The notes: a model not told the origin generated them from the letters alone. Counted from the stretch's first letter, positions 40,181-54,236 are shown. The stretch: 64,000 nucleotides of DNA from Eledone cirrhosa (GCA_964016885.1 OZ024747.1:44888001-44952000); one strand, 5' to 3'. Numbers and translations: made by a program.

Positions 40181-40685
40181 ATTTAGGAGCAGTTTAGGTA
40201 TGATACATTTTATTACTAATTATATCTAAATGTTTCTTCTCTCTTCATAATGTATTTTTAACTCTGATACTGGTTCAGTCTAGTTCAACTGAATTGGTCT
40301 GTCCCAGTCATTCATTGAGCAACATCGGTGAAGTTAGCACCCTTAACTCACAGTTGGGTGCGGATGCATTCATGTATATATGTGTGTGTCCGCATGTATC
40401 TGTGTGTTTCTAAATATATTGTTAATAACTCCCTCTGGTCGAGCAATCTTTGAAGTGTGGGGACAGCTGGAAAGCTTCCATTACTCATACTTCTCGCTTT
40501 CTTCACCACCTCTTCTACGGCCTCGATATAAATACCCCCTCCGCCTCCGTGGTATTTTCTTCGGGGTTATAAGAGGCTTAGCTCTGTTTCTCGACCGTTA
40601 TATCGCGTGACTATCTCCCCCTCCGCCTTTTGGGATTCTTTCTCACGTCGTATAGACGCGTTCTTGAGACTAGTAAAATGAGCTA

Positions 40686-40775
40686 TCCTCTTGATAAGTC
40701 GGCAGACCTCGCAAGGACTCTATATCTTTATGATATATTGTTTTTGTTTATGCCACGAAACTACGTAGTCGAGGA
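40686..40775 (+). ncRNA. Type I hammerhead ribozyme, U3:A8 variant
   Basis: Identical motif, offset +595. Confidence 0.82.
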
Positions 40776-41280
40776 ATTTAGGAGCAGTTTAGGTATGATA
40801 CATTTTATTACTAATTATATCTAAATGTTTCTTCTCTCTTCATAATGTATTTTTAACTCTGATACTGGTTCAGTCTAGTTCAACTGAATTGGTCTGTCCC
40901 AGTCATTCATTGAGCAACATCGGTGAAGTTAGCACCCTTAACTCACAGTTGGGTGCGGATGCATTCATGTATATATGTGTGTGTCCGCATGTATCTGTGT
41001 GTTTCTAAATATATTGTTAATAACTCCCTCTGGTAGAGCAATCTTTGAAGTGTGGGGACAGCTGGAAAGCTTCCATTACTCATACTTCTCGCCTTCTTCA
41101 CCACCTCTTCTACGGCCTCGATATAAATACCCCCTCCGCCTCCGTGGTATTTTCTTCGGGGTTATAAGAGGCTTAGCTCTGTTTCTCGACCGTTATATCG
41201 CGTGACTATCTCCCCCTCCGCCTTTTGGGATTCTTTCTCACGTCGTGTAGACGCGTTCTTGAGACTAGTAAAATGAGGTA

Positions 41281-41370
41281 TCCTCTTGATAAGTCGGCAG
41301 ACCTCGCAAGGACTCTATATCTTTATGATATATTGTTTTTGTTTATGCCACGAAACTACGTAGTCGAGGA
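41281..41370 (+). ncRNA. Type I hammerhead ribozyme, U3:A8 variant
   Basis: Identical motif, offset +1190. Confidence 0.82.
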
Positions 41371-41875
41371 ATTTAGGAGCAGTTTAGGTATGATACATTT
41401 TATTACTAATTATATCTAAATGTTTCTTCTCTCTTCATAATGTATTTTTAACTCTGATACTGGTTCAGTCTAGTTCAACTGAATTGGTCTGTCCCAGTCA
41501 TTCATTGAGCAACATCGGTGAAGTTAGCACCCTTAACTCACAGTTGGGTGCGGATGCATTCATGTATATATGTGTGTGTCCGCATGTATCTGTGTGTTTC
41601 TAAATATATTGTTAATAACTCCCTCTGGTCGAGCAATCTTTGAAGTGTGGGGACAGCTGGAAAGCTTCCATTACTCATACTTCTCGCCTTCTTCACCACC
41701 TCTTCTACGGCCTCGATATAAATACCCCCTCCGCCTCCGTGGTATTTTCTTCGGGGTTATAAGAGGCTTAGCTCTGTTTCTCGACCGTTATATCGCGTGA
41801 CTATCTCCCCCTCCGCCTTTTGGGATTCTTTCTCACGTCGTGTAGACGCGTTCTTGAGACTAGTAAAATGAGGTA

Positions 41876-41965
41876 TCCTCTTGATAAGTCGGCAGACCTC
41901 GCAAGGACTCTATATCTTTATGATATATTGTTTTTGTTTATGCCACGAAACTACGTAGTCGAGGA
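41876..41965 (+). ncRNA. Type I hammerhead ribozyme, U3:A8 variant
   Basis: Identical motif, offset +1785. Confidence 0.82.
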
Positions 41966-42030
41966 ATTTAGGAGCAGTTTAGGTATGATTTTATTACTAA
42001 TTATATCTAAATGTTTCTTCTCTCTTCATA

Positions 42031-42141
<111 letters not shown>

Positions 42142-42189
42142 AACACACAATATATTAACAAATGGAAACTATATTTATAAAACCATATT

Positions 42190-42255
42190 TATTTTATTAT
42201 ACATATTTCAAGGGCCAGCAAGTCAAATTATGGTGCGCTTTCATCAGATAAAATA
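42190..42255 (-). ncRNA. Type I hammerhead motif in a diverged relative of the 32-kb element (about 42150-42386)
   Basis: tattttat-CTGATGA-aag...ctt-GAA-ATATGTAT-A-ataaaata; perfect 8-bp stem I. Confidence 0.68.
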
Positions 42256-42382
42256 CAATACAGATTAGTTTTATAAATAAATATTGACATACCCTGAAAA
42301 AAGACAACCTTAACGGTTGCTTTATATCAGTTATAAAAATATATTTAAGCTTGTTGTATCCCAACAAATTAAATATAACCTC

Positions 42383-42439
<57 letters not shown>

Positions 42440-43021
42440 ACATGTGAGAATCCCAAACTATAAAATAACTGTAATAATAGTTGAGAAAATTGGATAAATA
42501 AACCCTTGAGAAGGAAAAATGTGATTAGAGGTGCATTTGAGTGATCAAACCCTGTATCTCTCAAATACCATGTGAGTGCATTACTTTTATGCTAAGGGGT
42601 GACTAACACCTTTTCCCCACTATTTTAGGATGTTAGGGGCTAGGGCATAGTTGGAAGTAAACAAACCTTATAAATTTTTGAAGCATTAGACATTTTAAAT
42701 TTGAAAATTTTGAAATGCAAGGATCCTAAATATAGAAAATAAGTCTAATAGTAGTCGATCACTATAGATAATAATTGAAAAAATAATCAGTCAATTACTC
42801 TTAGACATGGAAAAAAGTGGCCTGAAGTGGCTTTGAGAAATTTCATATTTATATATATATATATATATCATCATCATCATCATCACTTAAGGTCCACCTT
42901 CCACGCTAGCATGGGTGGACGGTTTTGTCCCATTTGAGGCAAGATTGGTTGGGAAACCGGGTCTTGCTTGTACAGAACTGTTTCTGGCAGGTTTTCTGTG
43001 GCTGGATGCCATAAATATATA

Positions 43022-43310
43022 TGGGATAACAAGTTATCGTTATAGGTAATCCAGTTAAAGGTTGTGAGTACTCTGCGCCGTGGATAGTTTTAATGTACGG
43101 CTTTCTTTGACTCAACAAGATGTTTCCATAGTTAGGCAGCGAGTTCGCAGTAATTCCTATGCAGGTTATACTTGGAGTAATAATAGTGAAAGAATGAAGA
43201 GTAACATGGTTGGCTGTACAACAAGGGGCTTTATTTTAGGTATTAACAATTGTTTCATTGATCAGATGAGTCTAGAGGCCGCTAATGGCTCGAAGTTGCG
43301 TCACTCGATC
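43022..43310 (-). mobile_element. pLTR-like remnant homologous to 35325-35685
   Basis: Shared GGGATAACAA..TCGTTATAGGTAATCCAGTT..TTGACTCAACAAGA; keeps GAAACAATTGTT on the minus strand. Confidence 0.7.
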
Positions 43311-43780
43311 TCCAAGACATTATTTACCTCTGGTCACCACATAAATATAAAAATAATTCACTTGAGGCAAGACTTATATAGAAAAATAGTGTATAATTAA
43401 AACAATAACATCAATAATAAAACATATATGGTAAATAGGTAGAGAAGTTACAGATGAAAAAAGTAAAAGATAAGATAGAGTACATTAAAAAAGTAAGAAC
43501 ATGTATATATAGAAGAGAGAGAGATAGAGAGTAAGTAGAATCAAAGCCAATGTTATGGCATATGTAAAAACTTTATTGGCATATTACAGTTGTTTTGATA
43601 TTGAAACAATTGTAATATGACAATGAAGGTTGTACATATGCTACAACATTGGCTTTGATTCTATTTACTCTATATACACACCTTAACTCTGGCATAAAAA
43701 ACAATTTGAGACATACCTTGTAAGAGCATTGAGTGCTTCGAACAGTGTGCCACATGGAACTGTAGTTGCACCCCTAACTA

Positions 43781-43826
<46 letters not shown>

Positions 43827-43880
43827 ATATATATTTACATACACATTGCACATATACACATCTATATATATATAAAAAAT

Positions 43881-44069
43881 AATTGTTTCTACTTTAGGCA
43901 CAAGGCCAGCAATTACCCAGTGCATTACTGGTACTTTATTTTATCGACCCCGTAAGGATGAAAAGCAAAGTCAACCTCGGCGGGATTTGAACTCAGATCG
44001 TAAATGGACGTAACTATGCTGGAAACCATGGCGTCCGACCCTCTACTGATACTGCCAATCCACCGCCCT
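43881..44069 (-). mobile_element. tRNA-derived Nin-like SINE
   Basis: Full-length reverse complement of the 13666 family. Confidence 0.88.
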
Positions 44070-44384
44070 TATATATATAAAAATAATGATTTCTTTCTTT
44101 CATCTATTTTTCCAATGTATAATATAACCAACTAGGAAATTTCAAAATCAGTTATGTTTTCCATAACGACAGTACTATATTCTATAACTATAACTATTCA
44201 ATATGATTAATTCTTTTCATTATTAAATGTAATTCAGTTTGAAATACTAAATTATATTTGTATATCTTTGGCATAACAACAAACAGTTTGTATGCGTGAG
44301 ATCATGTTACTTCTGGTTAGTAGTAGATTGGTTGTAGAAATGATAGAATTCTGGACTAACCAACCTTTCATTATTTAGTTAGAA

Positions 44385-44577
44385 GGTCGGTGAATTGGCA
44401 GTATCGGTAGAGGGTCGGACGCCATGCTTTGCAGCATAGAGTTACGTCCCTTTACAGTCTCAGTTCAAATCCCGCCGAGGTTAACTCTGCCTTTCATCCT
44501 TACGGGGGTCGATAAAATAAAGTACCAGTAATGCACTGGGTAATTGCTGGCCTTGTGCCTAAAGTAGAAACAATTAT
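44385..44577 (+). mobile_element. tRNA-derived Nin-like SINE
   Basis: A and B boxes, core and tail as at 13666. Confidence 0.88.
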
Positions 44578-44749
44578 TTAGTTAGATTCTTTTAAGTTCT
44601 GTCCTTCAGCCTTCTGGACTTAGAAAAATAAGTTTTCAATCAGAAACCTAAGTCAATTAAATCCATAAATCCATACCACTACACCCCCCCCCCTCTCTGC
44701 AAATGTGAGGCCTTAGGTTAAAAACTATTAACATTACTATTATTGTTGT

Positions 44750-45240
44750 TATTTCTGTTGTTGGACAAAATACTTTGTGGTAGTTTGTCATGAATCTTTT
44801 TGTTCTGAGTTCAAATCCTAGCAAGGTCAAATTTGTCTGTCATCTTTTTGAGGTCAATGATATAAACTACCAGTCGAGTTCTGAATTGATTTCACTTGTC
44901 CGACCACAAAATTGCTGGCCTTGTGCCTAAATAAGAAAACAGTAGAGTGTCAGACACCATGTTTTGCAGTATAGAGTTATGGCCTTTTATGTTCTGAGTT
45001 CAAATCTTGCCAAGGTTAGCTTTGCCTTTCATCCTTACGAGGTCAATAAAATAAAGCACCAGTAATGCACTGGGGTCGATTTAATAGACTTTTCCCTTCC
45101 CCCAAGCTGTTGGTCTTGTGCCTATAATAGAAATCATAACTTTGCCTTTCATCCTTACGGGGGTCGATAAAATAAAGTACCAGTAATGCACTGGATATTT
45201 GCTGGCCTTGTGCCAAAAGTAGAAACAATTATTATTATTA
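44750..45240 (+). mobile_element. Stack of three partial Nin-like SINEs
   Basis: Repeated GAGTTCAAATC, GCCTTTCATCC and GGCCTTGTGCC blocks. Confidence 0.75.
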
Positions 45241-47071
45241 GTAAAGTCTGTTGAGTGTGTCAGTCAATTGGTAGAATTTATTGAACCTCAGATAACGTTT
45301 TTTGGCAGTTTTTCTGGATCTTTGCATTCTAAGTTGAAATCCCACTTTTATGGAGTTGATATATATAAAGTAGCAGTCAAATAATAAGGTGAATTTAAAC
45401 AGCTAACTCCTTTCTTCAAATCCTATATTGTCTCCATTTGATTGCCAAACACTGTAACCGCTAGTCTCTCACCACATTTACCTTTAGTGTTGCAGTGCCT
45501 TTACTAGTGGACAAGGTTTTGTTAATGATTCTTGACATTCTGAGTTCAAATGTTGCCAAATTCACTTTGCCTTCCATTCTTCTGAGTTTGATATAATAAA
45601 GTACCAATCAAATACTGAACCCAACCAATCTTGCTTCAAGTGGGACACCTCCCGTCTAACCCATGCTAGCGTGGAAGATGGACGATAAACGAAGATGATG
45701 ATGATGATGAACAGAATTATAATAGAAGTCAATGTGAATAATATTAACTAGTAACCATTGTTTTTAATCTTTAATAATAAACAAATGGTTGAGAGGAGGC
45801 TTCATTAATGTCAAAGACATGAGATTCTCCCTATTGATGGTACCATGGTAAAATGCAATCTGTAGAGTGCAAAACAGATATAAGTAAGATGCAACTTTCC
45901 AGCCTATCTGAGAGTAACTCTGATTAAATACTGACCCTATATGTGATGATTCATCCAAGCAAGGAAAAATGGACATTAATAGATGATGTTGTTGATGATG
46001 ATGAATGGATGATTTGTAACATTGAAACAAGACCGTATATTTACTAAAAAGTGTGGATTTAACTGCCCCCCATATTTGACTGATACTTATTTTATTGAAT
46101 GTGTAGAAATCTCTTGGCTAATAGAAAACAAAACAGTGCCGGTGAAAGGTTAGAAGCTATACCAACCTCTCAGCTGCTTGTCATATTGATATGCTAACTT
46201 CCCTCTTTGATAGATCCTCCATCAATATCAAACACGAGCATTCAGTTGTTCAATTAGATAAACTACATATTTGTTAAATTAACATGTAAATGGCTGAGTA
46301 TTCCACAGACTTATTTATCCTAATATAAATAACTAACTCAAATGAAACAGATTATCTATGATGGTAGCTAACACTTTCACACAGCACAAATGAAACATTG
46401 CTGATTATAAACATAGAAAGCAGTATGAAGATCAACAGATGAGAATGGATTTGTGGATCGCATATTGGCCTACAAAGTTTCAGGTGGGTTCATAAGACCC
46501 TAAGAGTTTGAAACTTTGAATCTCATGATTGTAAAGCAAATTCATTAACCACTCAGCTATATTTGTATCCACTTGAACTTTATAAATATTTAGCATTGTA
46601 CTAAAGTGTTTAATGATATACAATGTATTTGAAATCATTAATTATTACTTCTTCATGTCACCTTAATCAAACTAGATCAATGAATACAATCAGATATTAA
46701 AATGACATGAAACATTATAATACATGATTTAATATGAGTGTTAATAACAAGAGAAAATCACAGATATCGTTTATAAAATTTATTAATTTAAAGAAAAAAG
46801 AAATGCCATAAAATTCACACCATTATGTTATCTCTAAATAAATGATAATCAATAGTAATAAGGTATTCATGATCACATGACTAAATCATGTGATTGATTC
46901 AATTAAGAAAACAAAACAAACTTAATGACTTTACACACTTATTACATGTTTAAAATTCAGAGAAATTGTTTTGTTTAATTAAATTATTTGCAAACAAATT
47001 TAATGTACCCACGACCACATGATTTAGTCATGTGGTACAATCAAATTAGAAATATAGGTGACTTTGCTCTT

Positions 47072-47278
47072 TTAACTCTTAACATTCTATAATGATTTAG
47101 CAAAAAAATTTAAATATGAATTTGGTTTCTAAATTAAAATGTTTACAGATCATTTTGAAATATTCAGTTTTAGAGTAAAGACTTTCATTTTTAATGTGAT
47201 ACAGTTATAGTGCTGTTTATAGTTTTCAAGAACGTTTTGCTGATGTGCTTTTGTGTAGTACATGATATTAAGAGTTAA
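47072..47278. mobile_element. Old TTAA-flanked MITE
   Basis: TTAACTCTTAA ... TTAAGAGTTAA. Confidence 0.45.
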
Positions 47279-47350
47279 AAATGTCTAAAATTTAGAGAAA
47301 TCATTTTCATTCAGTTCTCTGCAAGAAACAAAAACAAAAAAAAAACACTT

Positions 47351-47547
47351 AAACTGGCCATATCCACCCAGAATTCTCTCATCCCTTTCTGTTAAAACCA
47401 GCCCTAACTAACCACTCATACCAATGATAAATTATTGTTCTCAAAATAAATAATATTAAAATTTCATAGCTTCAATATTATGAGATAAAGGATTTACCAC
47501 AAAAATACAATAGTAAATATAGAGTGATGTAAATGGTAAAGGGTTAA
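47351..47547. mobile_element. piggyBac-type MITE copy with left end eroded
   Basis: Collinear with 13965-14153; ends TAAATGGTAAAGGGTTAA. Confidence 0.65.
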
Positions 47548-48515
47548 CTAGCACAGTTTTTCAGATAGTGTTGGCAGTTGGTTGGCAATAATGCTGGCCA
47601 ACTGACAAACACTATCTGAAAAACTGTAGCCAATTAAGAAATCATTATCCATTGCTGTCTAAACAAATACATTATGTTCATTACCAAAGGTGACATTATA
47701 ATAGTTTCTGATTTAGGCACAAGGCCAGCAATTACCCCAGTACATTACTGGTACTTTATTTTATCGACCCCGTAAAGATGAAAGGCAAAGTTAACCTCGG
47801 CGGGAATAATAATAATTGTTTCTACTTTAGGCATAAGGCCAACAATTTTGAAGGGGAAAGTCGATTAAATCAACCCCAGTGCATTACTGGTACTTTATTT
47901 TATCAACCCCAGTGCATTACTGGTACTTTATTTTATCAACCCTCAGTGGGATTTGATCTCAGAGTGTAAAGGGGTGTAACTCTATGTCGCAAAGCATATT
48001 GTCTGATGCTCGACTGATAATGCCATTCTATGGTGACATTATAATGTCAGGATTTAAGTTTACCTGAATTAATTAAACAATACGAGTTTTCCTGTGCCAT
48101 CAATATTGATAGAAATAACATTGAATATATTTAATTTTTAGAGTTCAGGATTAGTATGCCATATATCCCATGATTACAGGATATATGAACAATCATACAA
48201 AATGGGAAATTTGTGTTTTGAGAAATTCATGGTTTACATAAGGGAGTGTTGATTACTGGCATATGGAAGTAATTAAAGATAGGAATGATGTTTTACTAAT
48301 TTCTAGGATATAATTACATAAATGTTTAGCATTTATGTACAAATGACATACAGGATTAAATGTATGAGTAACTTTGGAGAAATAACTATTTACAGAGACA
48401 AATGTATAATTAGAATCCTGGACCTTGTGATTGGAAAGAGAACTTATTGTAGCTACATGACAGATACAGACTGTATTGTGTGTATGTGTGTGCAAATTTT
48501 AAAGATATATATATA

Positions 48516-48614
48516 CAGGGTGTCCCCCCAAAATGTATACACACTTTGACTACCTGTACAGGCAATATTTATTAGAATGCTGTTGAAGTCTGTATACATT
48601 TTTGGGACTCCCTG
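48516..48614. mobile_element. Tc1/mariner-type MITE
   Basis: TIRs CAGGGTGTCCCCCAAAATGTATACA and TGTATACATTTTTGGGACTCCCTG, in a TA context. Confidence 0.75.
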
Positions 48615-48615
48615 C

Positions 48616-48648
<33 letters not shown>

Positions 48649-49329
48649 TGCACACATAAATATATGTGTGTGTGGGTGTGTGTGTAAAGAATATACAAAT
48701 ACTCAGGGCATATTGTTATGCTTGACAAAGATTATTATACAGTGAGTAGTAAGACAATTATTTTATTATTAATTTAGTCTTAGGGCAGTGGATAGGCAGA
48801 ATCTTTAGAGAATCAAATGAAATGCTTTGCAGCATTTATGCTGGTTATTTATGTTCTGAGTTCAAATTCCACTAAGGTCAACGCTATCGTTTATTCTTCC
48901 AAGGTTGATAAAATAAAGTACTAGTCAAGTATTGGGTCGATTTAATCTAATTTAACTGCTTCCAACACAAAAATTGCTGGGCTTGTGTCAAAATTAGAAC
49001 CCATCATTAACTTAGTCTAAGGAAGGTCACTAAAATAAATTTCCAGTCAAGTACTGGGGTTGACTTAAATAACTTTGCCCTTCATACAAGGAAGAGGTTC
49101 TGAAGTCATACCCTTTGCAAATTGAGTTCTGAGTTTATATCCCCAAAAATCCAAATTTTCCTTTCATCTTTCTGGAATAAAGAGTGTTGTACCAGTGTAC
49201 CAGTGTTCCCTCTTATATCTGTTGTGAATAGAACTACAACTGTTGTATATGCTAGTATTTCTAACAATATAAACTACAACCAAACAAGGGCAGTGAATTG
49301 GCAATGTTGTTAGAGTACCCACCAGATTT

Positions 49330-49580
49330 CTCTATGTCAAAAGTAGAGGAGTTTGATTTTAGCTAGGTACACTTATCCTGCAGTTGCCTCACAAGAAAGA
49401 GAGCCTCTGTGGTACTTCTTCCTGGGACAAATCTGAACTGCATCCCATGTAGTTTAATTTGATCCCTAATCAGTTGTACAATGATACTTTCTGTAACTTT
49501 CATGATCTAGTCCATCAATTTTATGCCTCAGTGTTTCTCCCTGTCGAGGGCATCACCCTTGCCCTTGTAGCAATTGTGAT
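49330..49580 (-). mobile_element. Decayed RTE RT fragment
   Basis: Minus strand CYKGKGDALD..GIKLMD*IMKV..QLIRDQIKLHGMQFRFVPGRSTTEALFLVRQLQ. Confidence 0.85.
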
Positions 49581-49995
49581 GCCAGTCATTGGGTATAGCG
49601 CCATTTTGTATAACTTGGTTTACAATGTGGGTGGAGCTATTTTTATCTTCTTGAGATAGTATGTATGTATAAATGGACGTGTAACTCCTAATGGGTACTT
49701 TAAACCTGGTAGAGCTCCTCCTCTCTACAGAGATGGAGAGAGTGCGAGAAGTATCAACTCCAGTACTAGACTGGTACTTTGTTTATCTACCTCAAATGGA
49801 TGAAAGGCAAAGTTGACATCAATGGGATTTAGTATAGAGAGCCATAACAAACACCACAAACCAATGCTCTCTCTATATATACATGTGTGTATGTATATAT
49901 ACACACACATATGTTTATGCATATTTCTATATATACATACACACACACTCCTATATTAGATACACAGGAATAATATATTTTTATCTTCTTGAGAT

Positions 49996-50026
<31 letters not shown>

Positions 50027-51689
50027 TCAAATGTATAACTCTTGAGATGGCTTGCAGTCATTGCTAGTTATTGTAAAAGACTACTGAAGAATGATTCACA
50101 TAAGTATTTGTAGTATGTATTCTTATCATCTTTGTTTCTTATTAATGTGATATTTCAAGAGTTGGAGCCACCCCCCATATCTTTATTTCGAGGTCACATC
50201 TCACCTTTTGTCACCCAATAGATATTCTTCAGTAGAAGAGGTGAAATTTCTAGTGTCAATCCCCAACTAAACTTCATAAAATACCTCCACACATCTTCTA
50301 ACTAACTGATGTCAGAAAGACAAAAACAAAATTTACTTTCAGTAACAAATTGATGCTGATCTTCACTTCTTTTAGTCAGTTATTAACTCTTTTATTTTGT
50401 TGTTTTTTTTCTTCTTCTTTTTTTTTATTATTTTGTTTTGGTTTGTGGTTTACTATGATGCTACGATGCTCCATCACAACTTTGTAATAATGGCTAGTTT
50501 GGAACCCATATCAGGGAAACACACATACACACCATAAAACAAACAAAAAAATGTTTGTAATGTTTGTATTATATTACTAAGCTACACTTGGATGCCGACT
50601 AGATTCTATCGGCACATGCTGAGATCTGTTCGTAGTATTTTGTAGGTAAGTATGCAGTGACAAGGTGATAATATCATATTAAGAAATTACACATCGGGAG
50701 GTATCTTATTTAATAAGTACACTGAAGAGTTTTATATATATGATTACATTGATATTACATTGAATAGACACATATATCAAGAGAGTGATATTATAGTTCT
50801 GGGATTAATACCCTCCAGACCAACCAAATAAATCTGTAAAGCCACTACACACCTCCCTTTCCTTTTCTCTCTACAGAATCATATTTGTTTAGTGTGTAAA
50901 GCGAAGCTTGAAAGACAAGATGATAATATTGATTAAACACATGGGTTGATACAAGCAATATTAAGTAAACACATAAAAGGAAATGATAATTTATATTGAG
51001 TCAACATACCCCAAAGGTGACAGTCTTTAAGTTAAGTAGACAGAGAAGTAAGTCTTATTGTATTGTCACAGACAAGAAGAGAAGACAGTATTGTTTTTGG
51101 GTGGCAAATGAATAGTGGAGCAACATTAGCAAATATTGGAAGATGTCGCAAGTTTATTGACTTTATGAAAAGGAAGAATACTATGTCACTTTACACTTCT
51201 CCTTACACACACACGCACACACACACACATATACACATACACATACACACACACACACTTATATGTTAACATACATATACACATAAATTGAAATAAAGTT
51301 AAAAAAGCAGATAATCATAGTTTTAATAAACTTATTAAATTGAAAATACATCTGAGGTGTTTTAGAAATAACTTTTAATAAAACCTTTACATAACCACGA
51401 GTTTAGAATAAGTTGGCTATATACCTACTTGTCATAACTAAAAGGGTTGGTGTCAGGAAGAGCAACTGGCTGGAAAACATTGCCTCAAAAAGTCTTGTCC
51501 AACCCATGCCAGCATGGAAAAGTTGATATAAAAATGATGATGATAATGATGATGACTGCTATATGAGTAAAGAAATATATTATTGCCGAGTGTATTAAGG
51601 TTTTTTATAGTCAGAATATTTCTGGAATAAATATCTAAATAAATACAGCTCAACTTGAATCTGGATGATAACATACATATTCATATTTG

Positions 51690-52035
51690 TATGCATTTTG
51701 GGCAAATTAATTGCAACAAACTTTGAAAACTAAGAAAAATCAGTTTTTCAGAAATGTTTAATACGAATAAGATTCATACTCTCACATTAATGTATGATAT
51801 GGCCTCCTTGGCTCTTATGAAGTATTTTGATGCATTCTTGCATCAGATCAACTAATGTTGAGCAGTGTTGGAGGCTTCAAGGTGGAGTGTCCTCTATTAG
51901 ACTTGAATTTGAGCCTCAGTTAGCTTCACCAATGATGTGCAGTTCACAACATCATTGCTTACAAATAGACTATACATTTTCAATTTTCAGGAGTTTCCAG
52001 GCCACTCCAGTATGCATAGTTTCATTCCCATAAGT
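51690..52035 (-). mobile_element. Possible Tc1-like transposase C-terminal remnant
   Basis: Minus strand LVDLMQECIKILHKSQGGHIIH* resembles the Tc1 terminal LVxSMPxR..KGGxTKY motif. Confidence 0.4.
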
Positions 52036-52185
52036 TATATGTATGTAAAATAAAACTTATACTTTGCTCATGTTTGACCATTCTTTAAAATGGCTGACTG
52101 AATATGCATGTGTGCTTTTTTTCTCATTTTTGTCTGCCTCTTCCTCTTCTCATTCTTTATCTTTCGTCTTCTATTTCTTATTCTA

Positions 52186-52221
52186 TCTTCTGATGAAGGA
52201 CTAGTGTTTGAAGCGTCAAGA
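52186..52221 (+). ncRNA. Degenerate minimal hammerhead
   Basis: tctt-CTGATGA-aggactagtgttt-GAA-GCGT-C-aaga; A15.1 replaced by G, weak stem II. Confidence 0.5.
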
Positions 52222-52315
52222 CTCTTTTCCTGTTTTTTTTAAGCATAAAACTAATATATTTCTTCAATCTGCTGTGCCATTTGCTTTGTTATTTTTGTTT
52301 ACTTTTCACAAACAG

Positions 52316-52356
<41 letters not shown>

Positions 52357-52608
52357 CGGCAACCAGGCAATGAAACATATGTAAATGCTAGAAATAGACC
52401 CTACTGTACTGCTTATCTGTGTTAATCGTCTTTTTACCTATTGTAACTACTCCAAGGACTACTGACTATTGAACAATCAAAGGACAAACCTCCAATCAAC
52501 CTATTGATGTAAACATCTTGTTGAGTCAATCACCACTGTGTGCTGAAACAGTTCTCATTATAGGCTACTCTAACCCTGAAATAAGTTAACCTGAAAATGA
52601 TATCTCGT
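52357..52608 (+). mobile_element. pLTR-like 3' remnant in (TA)n
   Basis: Has the HHR 3' half GAA-ACATATGT-A (52372) near its start; CATCTTGTTGAGTCAA is shared with the 43-kb element. Confidence 0.55.
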
Positions 52609-53914
52609 ATATATATATATATATATATATAATTTAACGACTGTTTTCCCTGCTGGTATATATATAATTGTTTTCAATATGTGATAACCTGAAACACACA
52701 CAAACAACCCAATAAATAAATCTCAGAAAAACAATAAACAAGAAATAGTTCTTAATTTTGATTTAAAGCTTGAAAAAACAAACAAAACGTGCAAACATAT
52801 AATAAAGAAAATTTTTAAAATAAATAAATAAATAGTATAGGAAAATGAATAAAATAAATAATAAAGGGGAAAAGCAGAAAATTATGTTTATAACTTTTAA
52901 GTAAACAAGGCCATTCATAAATAATATGAGCATTCAATAATGACTTCTCTTTGGTTTTTGTTATACTGTTTCGGTGGTGTGCCATTTTTTTTCTCCAGTC
53001 ATTTGTTTTTGGCATCAAGTTCTAAGAGACTTGCTAATTTGATTGACATAAAAGCCAGTTGTGCTCTCAAGCAATGAAAATAACTGTAAAGAGTTACAAG
53101 TGATCAAAGTATATATACATATACATACATACACACACATACATATACATATATATACAAATATATATATATATATATACTATATATATATATATACTAT
53201 ATACATATATATTTCTCTTTCCCCCTCTTTGTCTTTTTCTATCTATCTATTCTCTATCCCCACTACTGAGTTGTTCATTGATAATGCTGAAACACCAGGC
53301 ATTGCATAAAAAAAAAAAAAGACAACCCTCCTTCTCATAAAAAAGCCAATAGGAAAACAACAATAACAACAACAGCAGCAAACAAATATAATAAACAGAG
53401 AAAATAAACACTAAATAAATAAGGTAAATCAGTTGGCTCTCATACTGTGTATGTGTTCACAAGCCATGCTTCTTTTCCCATCACACACCAGAGATGTTAC
53501 AGTGTTGATTAATTTATCATCTGCAACTCCAAATTAAGTTTAAAAACAAAGACAAACCAAATAACAAACAAAAGCAAGAGAGATAACTCAGACATGGTAC
53601 ACAAACATTTTTGTTTGTTTCTTCTTTAGATTTTCAATTTATTTATGTTTTTAATTTAGTTTAATTTAATTTAATTTAATTTTAGTTTTATTTCATTTTA
53701 TTTATTCTTATTTATATTTTGATCTAATTAAATACAGCAAACAAATTAACCAGTTGGTGGGAGTGGGAGGTGGTGTGGAGCAGAAGGTGGAGCTTGAGGT
53801 GGAGTTGGAGTGGAATGAGATGCATGTGTTTTGTTATATACTAGGTGTTATCAAACTTTAAAAGATATACGTACAGTCACATATGCAAGCACACATGCAC
53901 CCCCCTCTCTCTCC

Positions 53915-54236
<322 letters not shown>

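Noticed and set aside
39785-41800. Repeated 76-aa and 64-aa ORFs in the 595-bp unit
   Set aside because: No recognisable motif; they recur only because the DNA is repeated
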